From: Amphiscolops sp. MND2022
Lineage: Eukaryota
Assembly: GCA_964187785.1 (NCBI GenBank)
Contig: OZ076409.1
Location: forward strand, 46,254,001-46,318,000
DNA: 64,000 bases
Direction: 5' to 3'
Shown here in pieces: positions 28,901 through 40,514 of this stretch. The position numbers and the translations under genes are program-made. The notes under the pieces were generated by a model. The model saw nothing but the letters and a program-made list of their open reading frames with translations, was not told the origin of the DNA and made no database searches. Every line of letters starts with the position of its first letter. The first letter of the stretch is position 1.

Positions 28901-31225
28901 GTCACGAGATTTTTCCAAACGAAAATAATACCCCCAGCCCTATGGAATGCATGCGATTATGTGATTCAGTTCAATTTTGTCATAGCGCATATTCCGGGAG
29001 CACAGAACACAGCAGCTGACTATTTGTCCCGATTGGAGGCAGATCCGAAGGATAAATTAGTCATGAAAATCCGTGAAGACGTGCAAACTTTACCCATTGA
29101 GATAAATGTTCAATCTGCGGGGGTATCACAGGAAGAACAAATATTCTATACGAATGATGATGACGAGACAGAGGAACAGTATTGGGCAAGAAAAGAAGCA
29201 ATCAGGAAAAATCCAATGACTGATGAGCCCACTGTTACCATAGAAACTCTGTCAACCAATTTGGTCAAACAACAACCAGATATCCAAGTCCGATTAAAGA
29301 AAACAAACCAGATAATCATCGAGCAGTCCAAAGATACAGTATTGCAACAATTGAAGGCAAAGCTCCTTCATGAAGACTATTCAGAAAACATACTGCAACA
29401 GGATGCCCGATATAGACACTACGCAAATAATCTGGAACGAATTGTACTCAAGGACGAAATCCTGACGAGGCAATATTTTGATGAAACAGGGAATGTTAAA
29501 TACCATCAAATTTTGCTACCACAACACCTACTTCGGGAATTGCTCCACTCCCTTCACGGGACAGCGCATAAACATCCCGGGATTTCAAAAATGTTGCAGG
29601 AAATCAGACAAAGGTATTACTACCCTAGCATGGCTAAACACGTCAAAAAGTGGGTAGAAGGGTGTGAACAATGTGCCAGAGACAAGAGAGTCCCTAACGC
29701 AACGATCACACCTGAGCTGCTCAACTTGCCCGAATGGGACCTTGGACCTGAAGACGCCATGCAGATTGACCTGTTACCGAATCTTCCCCCAAGTGGAGGG
29801 TATGAAAATGTCCTAACGGCAATCGACGTTTTCTCCAGATATTTATTCGCTTATCCCCTTACAGACGCATCAGCGATCAATGTGGCAAAAGCGCTCATTG
29901 ACATAATGACCAAGCACGCATATCTGCCAACGACTCTTATTACTGACAAGGGTACTGCATTCACTTCTACGATTATTGCGGAGGTTACGCAAATTTTGGG
30001 CATTACACTCAAATGTGCAACGACAAAGCACCCGCAAACAATTGGGAAATTAGAGCGGACCCATGTCTCATTAAAGACAAACCTCAAAATGGCATGTGGG
30101 GAATACCGCCGACAATGGCATAAATATCTGCCATTAGCAGTACTTAATCATAATACGAGTTATCATGCCAGTATCGGTTGTGAGCCAACGAGAGTATTCC
30201 ATGGCAGAATTCCCTACAACATCCTGGATCACAAGCTTGGAAATAATCCAAACGAAAAGATCAGCCCTACAACCGAATTTGCTGACAAATTCCAAAACCG
30301 GAAAAAAATCCTAATTGACAAAACGAAGCAGAACATTATGCAGTCGTATATCAAGTACAAAGAATATTACGACCGCAAAGCAAAAGCTGCTCCATTGAAA
30401 GAGAATGATTACTGTTTCGTCCTACAGCCGGAAGCGGATCATCAAGGATCAAAAATTCCATTCCGCGATTACCGTTGGGTTGGACCATTTGTAGTCCAAA
30501 AGGTTTTGCCAAATGAAAACTACATAATACGAAGAATCAATACGAACAAAACTCAAATTTTGCATCGCATTCGACTTAAAAAGTTTATTCCCAATCAACC
30601 GCTTGAGGACAATTTCCGAGAACAACGTCTGCAGCCAGACGAAGAAATTGTCATTCCGCAAGACGACTTATACGTCATAACGTGGGAAACAGACTTCGGC
30701 GAACAGCTAGTTACACGAGGCAACGAACCTATTCCGACTAGCTTGCCGAACGGCGAACGGCCGAGTACGGCAGAAAACACAAATGACGCAAACGAGAATG
30801 ACGTGGATTACATAATCACGCGAGAAGGATTAAACAACGACAACGCGGTACACAGTCGGAATGGCCGCTTAAGTCACGACGCAACGACAAGTAATGACGT
30901 CACCGAAGAAGCATCGAATGACGAACCTGATTGGCCGAACGAGGCCGGTTTACCGAAAGCTCACGAAACACATTCACCGAATACAGCAAATGACCTCAAA
31001 AAAGACAAAATTATTCCAGAAAGCCCAAAAGACAAGGAAATTTTCCCATATGAAAATTTGCGAACCGAAACTGATGCACAAAATTCTCCAAGAACGGGGG
31101 ATGATATTATCGTGCCCGAAATATCCGAAAACGATGCTAGAAATGAAAGCCTGAGCCCTAGAGGAGGGAAATATAATCTCAGGCCTAACCCTAACCCAAA
31201 CTACTCAGAAGACTTCAGATACTAA
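25988..31225 (+). CDS. pol: Pol of G3 (PR, dUTPase-like insert, RT, RNase H, integrase) in the -1 frame; one in-frame TAA at 26366-26368
   Basis: 1600-codon ORF 26423-31225 with LIDTGA (PR), YVDD (RT), MTDAS (RH), H..H/CEQC and IDLL/TDKG/LERTH (IN). The same frame is open back to the gag slippery site except for one TAA. Confidence 0.95.
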
Positions 31226-31459
31226 GAATTGAATTTCTTCCCGAAAATGGGAATTCTCTTCTTTTCATTCTTTTTATCTTTTTTCAGTCCCATGCAGCAG
31301 TATTTTTTGAATAAATAATGGGACATTTGAATGATCCCTTACAAGAAAATAAATACGGGATCAGGAAATCAAGGCAACAACGAACAAAACGAAAATAAAT
31401 ACGAAACAGAAAATGAACAAAAGATACAGTCTACAAGTACATAAATACATATGTACATA

Positions 31460-34400
31460 TTAGTTCTTAGAGGATCCCTGGACAAGTTTCTTGGAGGCGG
31501 ATGAGACAGTAGAACTACTGCTACCCATTCTTTTCCGTTGGGTCCGGGAAGGAAGCTTTACGGCAGAGTCATCCGGCACGGAAGAGGCAATTCCTTTCTC
31601 CAGACGAACAGACCGTGGGGGGGAAACAGCAGTGACGACCTTATAGGAGGCAAGAAGGCTCTTGTAGATTTTGGACCTCCCGAACTCATCCACAAAGGTC
31701 CATGGATCATAGTCAGGGGAGAAAGCGGAACGCTCGAAGGAAGAACTGAGAGCTGAAAACTTTTCTAAATTAGCATCAGAGCAACAATGTGGAATGGAAT
31801 CAGGCACGCAAGAAAGGTAACTCTGACAGGGCTCTATCAGGTCAGCAAAACGGCCTCGGTGTCCAGAAGTGTTAACACTCCCGAAAGATACTGGAGGATA
31901 TTGGGGACTTTGTCCTGTCAAACACAAGCAGCACAGCTTGAAGAGATGGAAAATGTGCTCATGAGTTTGAAAAAACTCGAGCTGCATCAGGAAGTCTATC
32001 AGGTCGGTGGAATTTTCCTTGAAATCGAAATCTGGAGGATAATTGACTCGCAGGTGATCTAACAAAGCCAAATACTCATCTCGACAGACGTTCTCATTCT
32101 CACTGGAAACCCAAGAGCGAAGCTGGAAGGTCGAGTACAACACCTCAAAGTGACGGAGTCCGACCTCACTTGGTCTCTTGAAGAGGACAAAAGGGTCAAA
32201 GGCGGCTAACCCCTTGATCACCTCGGAACTCAGGCCGGCTTGGTTGAGGACCTGCCTGATCAGGTACTGAATGAACTGTAGTCCCTCTTTGACGAAACTG
32301 CTGGTTGTTTCTGCAGCTGTCTTGTCAATGGCGGCCTTCTCGGACTTCTTGTTCAGATGAACAACATCGGCACACTGTTTGCTGGCAGTAGCTATCCGAT
32401 TTGTCAATCGGTGCCGGATAAGGAACTCTTCCTCGCTGATGAATTTTCCTTCGCTCACGTTGAAATTGAGGAGAAGGAACCACGAATTCTCGAGAGGGAT
32501 GGTTTCCGGCAAGTAGCATCTGGCACATAGCTTGGAGACGAAACGGCAGACTTCTCCACAGAGGAAAAATGACGCATCTCGTCGGCCTAGCAGATTGACA
32601 ACGAAACTGGAAACATCTGGAAAATACAACGGACAAGATCATGAAAGGAACAAAACGTTCACATGAACCCATACCAATATGCCTATTGTGCTAGTAGCCC
32701 AAGGAATCAAGGATCAAGGACCGTTCTGATAATGTCTTAAAGTACCGATATGGACATGTAGCGGTATACTCACAATCACTGATTATGCGTTGGAAGAGTT
32801 CCAACTTGACGACGAAGAAAGAGTCGCAGATAAGAGACCACTCGAAGCTCTGCACTTGATTGTGGAACCCCTGCATTCCTTGGTGTGGAGTATGTGACGT
32901 CAGGTACTGCCGGACTGCTTTCCAATGTTTCAGGAGTTCCCGGCAGAGGTTGGGTAAACTCGGTAAGTCCAGTTTGCAGGTATCAATGGCCTAAATGAAC
33001 CCGAATTGTCTTTTGTCCGAACCTACCCCCCTAACCTTTTACGCCTCATGTTTGAACTTAATATACTAACTCGTGCTAGTTCAGGGGATTGCAGGACCCA
33101 GTCTTCATCGGTAGCTGCTCCAAGTGAAACCATGAGGCACTTCAGAACAGAGAAGAAGTCTATTCTGCCAAACACACTGAAAGTGGGTTTGTGCATCATC
33201 TTCTGAGCTGCAGGTGCTCGAAGCGAAAGCAACTCTGGACAGCCCGAGGGAAGAAAGCATTGTAGTCGATAGTCCGAATCAGCTCCACTGGACATCCGGA
33301 ACAAGCGACTATATCGGCCTTGGTGGACACTACTGAGAGAAGTCGAGAGAGGGACCCCAACTCCCCAGTAAGATCAGAGGAAGGAAGCCCACTTCGGCAC
33401 ACGTAGATTCGGCAGAGGGTGTCGCCCTTCCAGAATTTGACAGACATGAGTCTGTTCACTCCCTGATCCTCAAACTCGATGGCAAAGTGCTGTGTGGTAG
33501 CAATCTGATTTGCTAAATCGTTCATTGCACAATTGAAAATATGCTGGAAGATGGCCTGAAAAGGAAAAGGAGAATTACGAAATGTGTGGAGGACTTTGGT
33601 TTCCCACGAGCAGTGCGCAACCCAATAGAGAACTTACCGAAATTCTTTCTTCGCCCCAATCGAAGTCGCAGTAGCTGGTCTGGTAATTGGTCAAAGAGCC
33701 TATTTGGGACCACAATTTGCGGAGCATTCCAATATCTCCAAGTTGCTGTATGAAGTTCCCAATGAGTTGAATCTGCGTCTTGGTTCTTGCTTCAGGGGTG
33801 ACGAATGTGGTGGTTGTTCCTTTTATGAAATCATCATAGAAAGGGAAGCGTTCTCCGATGTCCACCAGCTCAACGTGCATAAAGTGGCGCATCTCCTTAG
33901 CCAACTCAATCTCTGAGAGGATCTTCCCATTGCGGCCTCTCACTCGATGTTGCACCTTTCCGGACACGGGGTGGACACTTTTGAGGTGCTCGTAGCGCCA
34001 TCTTTGATCTCGTCGGAGGTGCTTCTCCGTCCTGTGGTGTCGCAGGATTTCCAAAGTGCCCTTCGTCTTCACGGAGATATTCTTTTTGCATAAATGGCAC
34101 CATACCATATACGGATTGTGAAGCGGATCTGCTGGTCCGGAAATGAACGAGCGCGTCCATCCGATTTTGGAGAAAAACTCCTCTTTCATAGGGACACCTC
34201 GAGTCTGCTTTCGTTGCTTCCGTCTTGGCGCTTTACCCGAACTCGAAACTAAAGGCGGGGCAGGAGAAGTTTGAGTCCGTAACTCGGAAAGAGTGGCATC
34301 AAGGCTTGACTGTTCTGCTGATTCGAAGCCTGCTTGGGAGGGATCATTTTGAGTAGTCCCGCAAGAAGTTGAAGCAGGTCTGAAAGGCTCCTTGAAGGCT

Positions 34401-35590
34401 TGTGAGATGAGAGCCATTTCTTCGGAACTATCTGTGTCATTGGAGGAGTCCAGCCCTCTGTCCTCTTGTCCTGAACTTGTTCCGACAGACGTATCAGTTC
34501 CTGACTCAGGAAAATTTTCAGAGCGTAGGCTGCCATCAGAATCACTATGAAGTCCAGGTCCGGGAGTTTGGGCTCTTGGCCTGATTCGGAAATGGTCAGT
34601 TCGAGAACTGGAAGTGACCGGCGCTCCGCGAACTGCCCCAATCACCATCTGTTCCATGGCAGTGAAGGACATCTTCAGGGTTTCATCTGTAAGAACCCTC
34701 AAAAGATGATACACTTGTGGCTCAGTAAAAGCCACTGTTCTATGGCCGAGAGGGAAATTGATGGTGGTAGCATCCTGATCAAAGTACTGTTTTAAAATGG
34801 CCCGGCTGCGACCGGAGAGCTCCCTGACGCCAGAATCTTGCCCTGCAGACGTTGATGTTGACGGACGCATGTTATCCGGACGATGAATAGGAGTGTCAAC
34901 TGACGACTCCCCTGCAGTTTCTGCCACATTTCCTACTGGCTGGAAACTGTATAGAGCTGGTCCACTTGCCTGGCTGGATGTATCACCGGCTTCCTCAGTC
35001 CCAGTCACGTCATCCAAATATACTACATCTGTGACTCCAGTCGGCAATTTAGGGGCATCACATACAGATGAACCTTCATCAGTCTCATGTTGAAGGAATG
35101 ATGCTGCTGACATGTTGGCAGAAGTTCCGCAAGTTGTCAACAATTCTGGCAATTCCGTCTGAGTGGAGGGAGCAATCGTGAGACCGGCTTCTAGCTGTGA
35201 TAAATCCAGCCCTGCAGATTCACTGGGCAAGTCCTTGGTTGGAGTGCTAGTTTGGAAGAGCAATGTAGAAGTTTGGGGTTCATTCCCAACAGTAGGCGAA
35301 CCTTCAGGGGCACTCTCTTCAACCTCCTGTTCCCCGATTTCAGAACTCTTGGCAATCTGTCTCTCTTCCTGTTCCTGGGCCCGTGCAAGAAGCAGAACTT
35401 TCTCATCAGCGTATGCCGTGACATCGAAATCACTATCAACACTGAAAGGAGAGGGAGTGACTGTATCCTGGGCTCCTTCTGTTACCGCTGCTGTTGACAT
35501 GACAATGGTGGTGGATGAAGTTGGAGAATACGGAGCAATTGGATCGGGACTAGACCTTGGCATAGTTATTGGAATAGGACGTCGGGGCAT
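31460..35590 (-). pseudogene. Antisense spliced accessory gene inside G3: ~1300-aa BED-zinc-finger, hAT-transposase-like protein; exons 35590-33638, 33555-33071, 32990-32675, 32616-31460; one frameshift (~33198) and one TAG (32693-32691)
   Basis: GT-AG introns of 82, 80 and 58 bp (GTAAGT..TTTCAG, GTTAGT..ATTTAG, GTATGG..TTCCAG) join the ORFs in matching phase. WCHLCKKNI...ILRHHRTEKH is a BED-like finger. Downstream segments resemble hAT transposase. Confidence 0.75.
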
Positions 35591-36753
35591 CTCGGTGAAA
35601 TTGTCTGAAGAAGTGGTGTTTCGAATCTGTGATTCGTCAATATTCTGGTTTTCTAAACAGAATGAGATGAAATTTGGCGGTGAGCTTCCTTGAAAAAAAT
35701 CCAATTTACCGCGTTAGAAAACTTCCGGAAGTGCTATGAAAATTCGAATGAAATGTGTTATCACGCATTTATTGATGGAAACAGGAAGCATTTTGTGAAC
35801 GAATTTAGCCCTGATCAAGTTAAATTTGAGTTCAAAAAAGAAACAAACCAACCTTCAGTTGAAGACATTCTGAGCTGGGACGAAACGGGAACTGCTCCAA
35901 TCGGATTGCCGCCACGAAGGAAATTGGCCGGACTCGGCTTGAAGGGGAGAAACAGAGATACTCTGAAGAGAAGACTGACTGGAGGGATTGGAGACAGAAA
36001 GGATAGTTTGACAATGAAGACTGACCGGATGAATATGGACGAGGAAATGCAATTAAAATAAAAGGAATTGGATTGGAATTCAAAATAAAGAATTGAAGAG
36101 TTGGAGTTCGTGGCTGAAGATTATTACCAGACTAATATTATGGATTATCTACATATTTATTCTGTACATGGAGTCTGCCAGCGAAGTGTACAATGGATTT
36201 TGTTATTTACAGCTTATTTAGTTAAAGGGCCGGTTATGGCCGTTTGCCCTGTTTTGTTTCGCCGTTTTGTCCAGTTACCCTAGTTACCCTTAGCTAGAAT
36301 TTTCGCCATCTTGAATTATTTAGATTTATTATTTTCGCCATTTTTATTATTTAATTTCACAATTTATCGAAGCTTGACGCTGATTGGTTGAAGCCATTTT
36401 GAAAGAATTCCGCGTCGCATGCTGTTAATTGCTATCAGGCAGACTGTTAATTACCCACTTGAAACGGGTGAAGATGATATTTACAACTCAAGCGTCGTTA
36501 ACACCTCTCAGAGTGATGGTGCTGATAGAGGGTAAACAGTGAGTTATCAAAGGATGCCGAATAATTATAAAATTCCATTCAGGAATGTTTACGTCGGATC
36601 AGGACGATTTACCAATAGCTCAACCGCCAAAAACGAATTGCCGGGAAAAGGCCCGACTTGGCCAAATTCTTGAACTGGTGAATTCATTCCACTTTGAAAC
36701 TTTAAGCAAACCAGTCAACTCCTCTGCTTAGCAAGATTGCGAAAAAACTAATA

Positions 36754-37542
36754 ATGCAAAGATATAACTTAACCAAGAAGCCCTTCGACTTTGAAGAAGA
36801 GGATTCAGAAAGTTCAACAAATTCGATAATCTACATATCCAGCGACAGTGAGGATGAGGCTTCAAGCGATTGGGACTCAGACTGGTCTACTGATACGGAG
36901 GCTATAATAGACAGGATTGAACGGGAAGTTAAAGCGACACCAATTCCTATTGCCGGACGGGGAATGACAATGGAAAGCTCAGATGACGAAAGGGCGGCAG
37001 GACCCAGCTACATTCAGTCTGTTCCGCCTTCTACCCCGAAATTGGGATTTGAGTACTTCAACAGGGAAATGTGTCTAGCGCCGTCCAAAAGGCAGAAGAA
37101 GACGAGGGTTGAGCTCTGCACTACTGTTTTGCCTGTTTTGGAATCTCCATTATCTCCTCCCGACCATGAGAGAGGACCAAGTATTGATACTCCTCCTGTA
37201 CAGTCGACTTCAGGGACTTTCTACGCCTCGTATCATGTGCAAAATATCAAGCCTTACCAGAACGTCAGTGAAAGTCTACACACGGGCTGTATGGTATGTG
37301 GTAAATCGAGAGAGCAGATAAAAGAGGAAAAGATCAACTGGTATATGGAGAGATCGACGCCCAAGAGTGAACCAGCCTATATCACCGCATTACGACGAGA
37401 AGCATACTCTAATGGTTTAAATGCAGGTAGTCTACTTTTCCTAACACCCGCAGTGTCGCAGGCTGCCGCCTGCGATGGCACTAAGATCACGACAACAGCG
37501 GAAGGGCAAGAGACCGCGACCGGAACCTTACCAATCTACTGA
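36754..37542 (+). CDS. Accessory ORF of G3, 262 aa, acidic N-terminus, unknown function; last ~29 codons lie in the 3' LTR
   Basis: ATG-initiated uninterrupted ORF with IIYISSDSEDE (SIM-like), PSKRQKKTR (NLS-like) and CMVC; AATAAA downstream at ~37739. Confidence 0.7.
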   Translation: MQRYNLTKKPFDFEEEDSESSTNSIIYISSDSEDEASSDWDSDWSTDTEAIIDRIEREVKATPIPIAGRGMTMESSDDERAAGPSYIQSVPPSTPKLGFEYFNREMCLAPSKRQKKTRVELCTTVLPVLESPLSPPDHERGPSIDTPPVQSTSGTFYASYHVQNIKPYQNVSESLHTGCMVCGKSREQIKEEKINWYMERSTPKSEPAYITALRREAYSNGLNAGSLLFLTPAVSQAAACDGTKITTTAEGQETATGTLPIY

Positions 37543-39419
37543 GGAGAAAACATTTAAAATGCAAACTTCCATATTGTTCCGTTAATTACACTTGTTAATG
37601 TTGCTGACTCCATTTATATATATATATATATACATATGTTTTGCTAGTATTAGTCTGTTAGGGCCAATAACCAAAAGGCTCAAATGATATGTAGTTGTTT
37701 GCAAATTTGGAAATGCAGTACAACAACGCAATTGCAGTAATAAATAGAAGCAGCTAACGAGCGTAAAGGAAACGAGTTCAAGTAGACGTCACTCCAATTC
37801 CGGGGACGTCGCTTGAGCTTACTACGATTAGCCAATCACGTGCTGTAATTCTTGCTGTACTATTGTTGTATTTGTTAATTGGCCGGTTAAGGCCGCCTGA
37901 CGAAATTCCACTCTCACTGCTCACTACTTTGGTCAAACGGCCGGTTCCGGCCGTGAAGCAATAATGAAAAGGAACTAACTTATTACATCGGTACTTCATT
38001 AGTAATAATACAATTGTTCTTTCATGTAGTTTAAATGTTCATTGTTGATAATATGAAGCTTTGTTTAGTATTTGGCCGAGTAAGGTCCATTGAACTAATA
38101 TATATTGTTTCAACTGGTACTCTGGTCAAATGGCCGATTGTGGCCATTTCATGCATATTTGTGTTTTATTGTTCAGTTAACCAGATATTAACCCGGAACT
38201 AGCATGAATTCATCTCTGAAACAAATGAAGGTGCTTATGGTACTATATTATCTGCGTGATCCAAGCATATGCAAAATAGACGAATAAGGCCATTTTCCTT
38301 CACTTCCCTATTGTGCTGTCTGTACTTACGGATTTAGGCCTATTTCGGTTTCAGCATGAAATGTATTTTCATGAATAGTGGATTCATACCACAGTCCTTA
38401 TGTGCGGTTATACATTCCATTCTCAGTGTGTTATATAATAAATCTTGTGTCGGCACGTGCCTCCACCTCACTTTGCGTGAGGTATGTAAACAAAGGTATT
38501 TGTTGACACTTTGATGTACATGCCTTAGTCGGCAGTTCGTTTGAAGCTACTATTTTGACTATATGACCCATAAATGCCATTCCCTAGATGTCCCCGAAGA
38601 TATGTGAATATCAGGGTTTTCATCATGGAGCTAATGATCATATGATACTATCAACCTAACTAGTTATGTAAGGAATGTGACTGTCATTCCCTAAAAGGTA
38701 TAAATACTGTTATCCCATTGGGGAAATCATTAATTCCTTCCATTTTACTCTAGTTAAGTTTAATCTACAAACGGCACCGCTGTTATTTCCGTGTTGATTA
38801 ATTCATTATTGATTCGGAACTGTTTCAATGCCAACCACTAGAAAGCAAAAGAAAGCTAGAAAGTCTAGAGGACTTGAGATGTTATCAGATATTGAAAATC
38901 TGGATATCATGTTAGGCGAAAACCATTTTGATAGAAATGAGAGAAATGAAAGTGTGAATAGTAATCAGGCCGGTAGGCCAGAAAGCTTATTTGGAGATGA
39001 ACTTGGAGATGAGAATGAGAATGGGTTCCCAAACTCAAGAAATAATGGACCAAGTCCAAATACCGAATTAGGCCATAATTCAATCAGAGAGTGTCCAAGC
39101 GTTGAGATCAATAGATTGTCAAGCGAGTTAAATTCACGTATATCTCGAGAGATGGACGAAATGATGAATAGTGTCAGTGTTCAGATTCAAAGAGCCATAA
39201 ATGAGGCAATTAGTAGCCAAATTTTGCCTCAAATCCAAAATGTAGTTATGGCCGGATCGGGACAATTGACCAAAGAGAGATGGAACGTTCCGGCCGAGAG
39301 ACCGGAAGGATATTCCGAAGCACTGCAAAACTCAGAACTTAGGAACAATTCTAAAAATAAACAGACCAACGACCGTCCCAAAGACGGAGTCACAAGCACG
39401 AACTCCCGTGCTTACGACA
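37454..39419 (+). repeat. 3' LTR of G3 (1966 bp); contains a copy of the gag N-terminal ORF (38828-39448) that terminates in flanking DNA
   Basis: Direct repeat of 22907-24870, followed by the TSD ACAGC. Confidence 0.97.
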
Positions 39420-40100
39420 ACAGCCTACGAAACTCGTTTATAATTTAAGAAACACAGGACTCCGTATTTGGTCTCGGTTCTGAGATCTTTACAAAACCAC
39501 TTTAAACAAAAACATGGTTTCAATATAACTATCGGTTCCGCGAAAGTTGCCTGATAACGTTGAAATTCTTCCACATGTCTCGACAATCGAGGAAAAAAAA
39601 TCTTTCAGGAAAATGATTGAAACTTTTAGTATTTGTAAACGCCTATTTCGCGGTGAAAGAATTTCGCAAAATAACGAAATTGACAGTAATAAACGCAAAC
39701 CATGCTGCCGCGTCGGTTAGTGTCTTTTTGGGTCATTTTCAAGTGTTCCTGGTAGTGAAATTTAAAATTAGCGAAAACCCTTATAAGGCTCAAGCAAAAC
39801 GTTTCTCAGTATTTTTATATCGTTAGATTTGCGTAGGTTTCAGCGGCAACATGGATGGTCTGCGATGAAAAAGTTTCCAGAAAGTTTCCAGGCTAAGCTC
39901 GAAGCCTCAAAACTCAGCTTAAAAACCAACACTTTGCCAATAACAGAAAACTCATTTTCAACCTCATATTAATTAGACTAACATATGAAAATAGACTCGT
40001 TTGCCTGGTTTTCTGAACAATTCTTTAAATTTGTAATATTGGATTCAGACCTCATATCAATGACACATTCAATTATACACTGTATAAATATAATTCCAAA

Positions 40101-40369
40101 AGGTTCTAAGACATTACACTTAAAGCTGATAATACGCCCAACTTTGAAAGCGGGTATGACTCAACCTTCCTCCTTGCGGGGCACTTCGCGTCCTTCCAGG
40201 TCGGCCTTCGTCGAAACCAGCCGGTAGACCTGTAAAAGCGTGTCGCTCCTGCGTTTAGGGCACTAGAGATATGTGGACGTGGCAGATAACGATTGCCTTC
40301 TTTGGACGTAATTTACGTTGACAATTTTTGAACATTATTTACCGTCCCCATTATTATTGAGTGTAAGTC
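40101..40369. mobile_element. ~270-bp non-autonomous (MITE-like) element, copy 1
   Basis: Homologous to 60790-61059 (shared TAGGGCACTAGAG...GTGGCAGATAACGATTGCCTTCTTTG); flanked by 8-bp direct repeat ATTCCAAA. Confidence 0.6.
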
Positions 40370-40387
40370 ATTCCAAACATGATTTAT

Positions 40388-40514
40388 TTTTCTACTTCGA
40401 TTCGCAGTAACCACCAATTGAGATTCAACAACAACGACCTCTGATTGTCATATTTTCTACTTCGATTCGCAGTAACCACCAATTGAGATTCAACAACAAC
40501 GACCTCTGATTGTC
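40388..40514. repeat. 63-bp tandem duplication (2 copies)
   Basis: TTTTCTACTTCGATTCGCAGTAACCACCAATTGAGATTCAACAACAACGACCTCTGATTGTC occurs twice. Confidence 0.9.

Larger units (their letters stand above)
22907..39419 (+). mobile_element. Full-length 16.5-kb Ty3/Gypsy LTR retrotransposon with accessory genes (element G3)
   Basis: LTRs 22907-24870 and 37454-39419 with TGTCG...CGACA termini; 5-bp TSD ACAGC (22902-22906 and 39420-39424); domain order gag, PR, RT, RH, IN. Confidence 0.97.

Noticed and set aside
35163..35693. 176-aa plus-strand ORF and similar ORFs opposite pol, gag and cathepsin exons (e.g. 44242-44820, 13469-13768)
   Set aside because: Antisense shadows of real coding frames, often with non-ATG starts.
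31460..37542. G3 accessory ORFs as an env gene
   Set aside because: No signal peptide, fusion peptide or C-terminal TM segment is evident; the largest gene is antisense and carries nuclear-type motifs.
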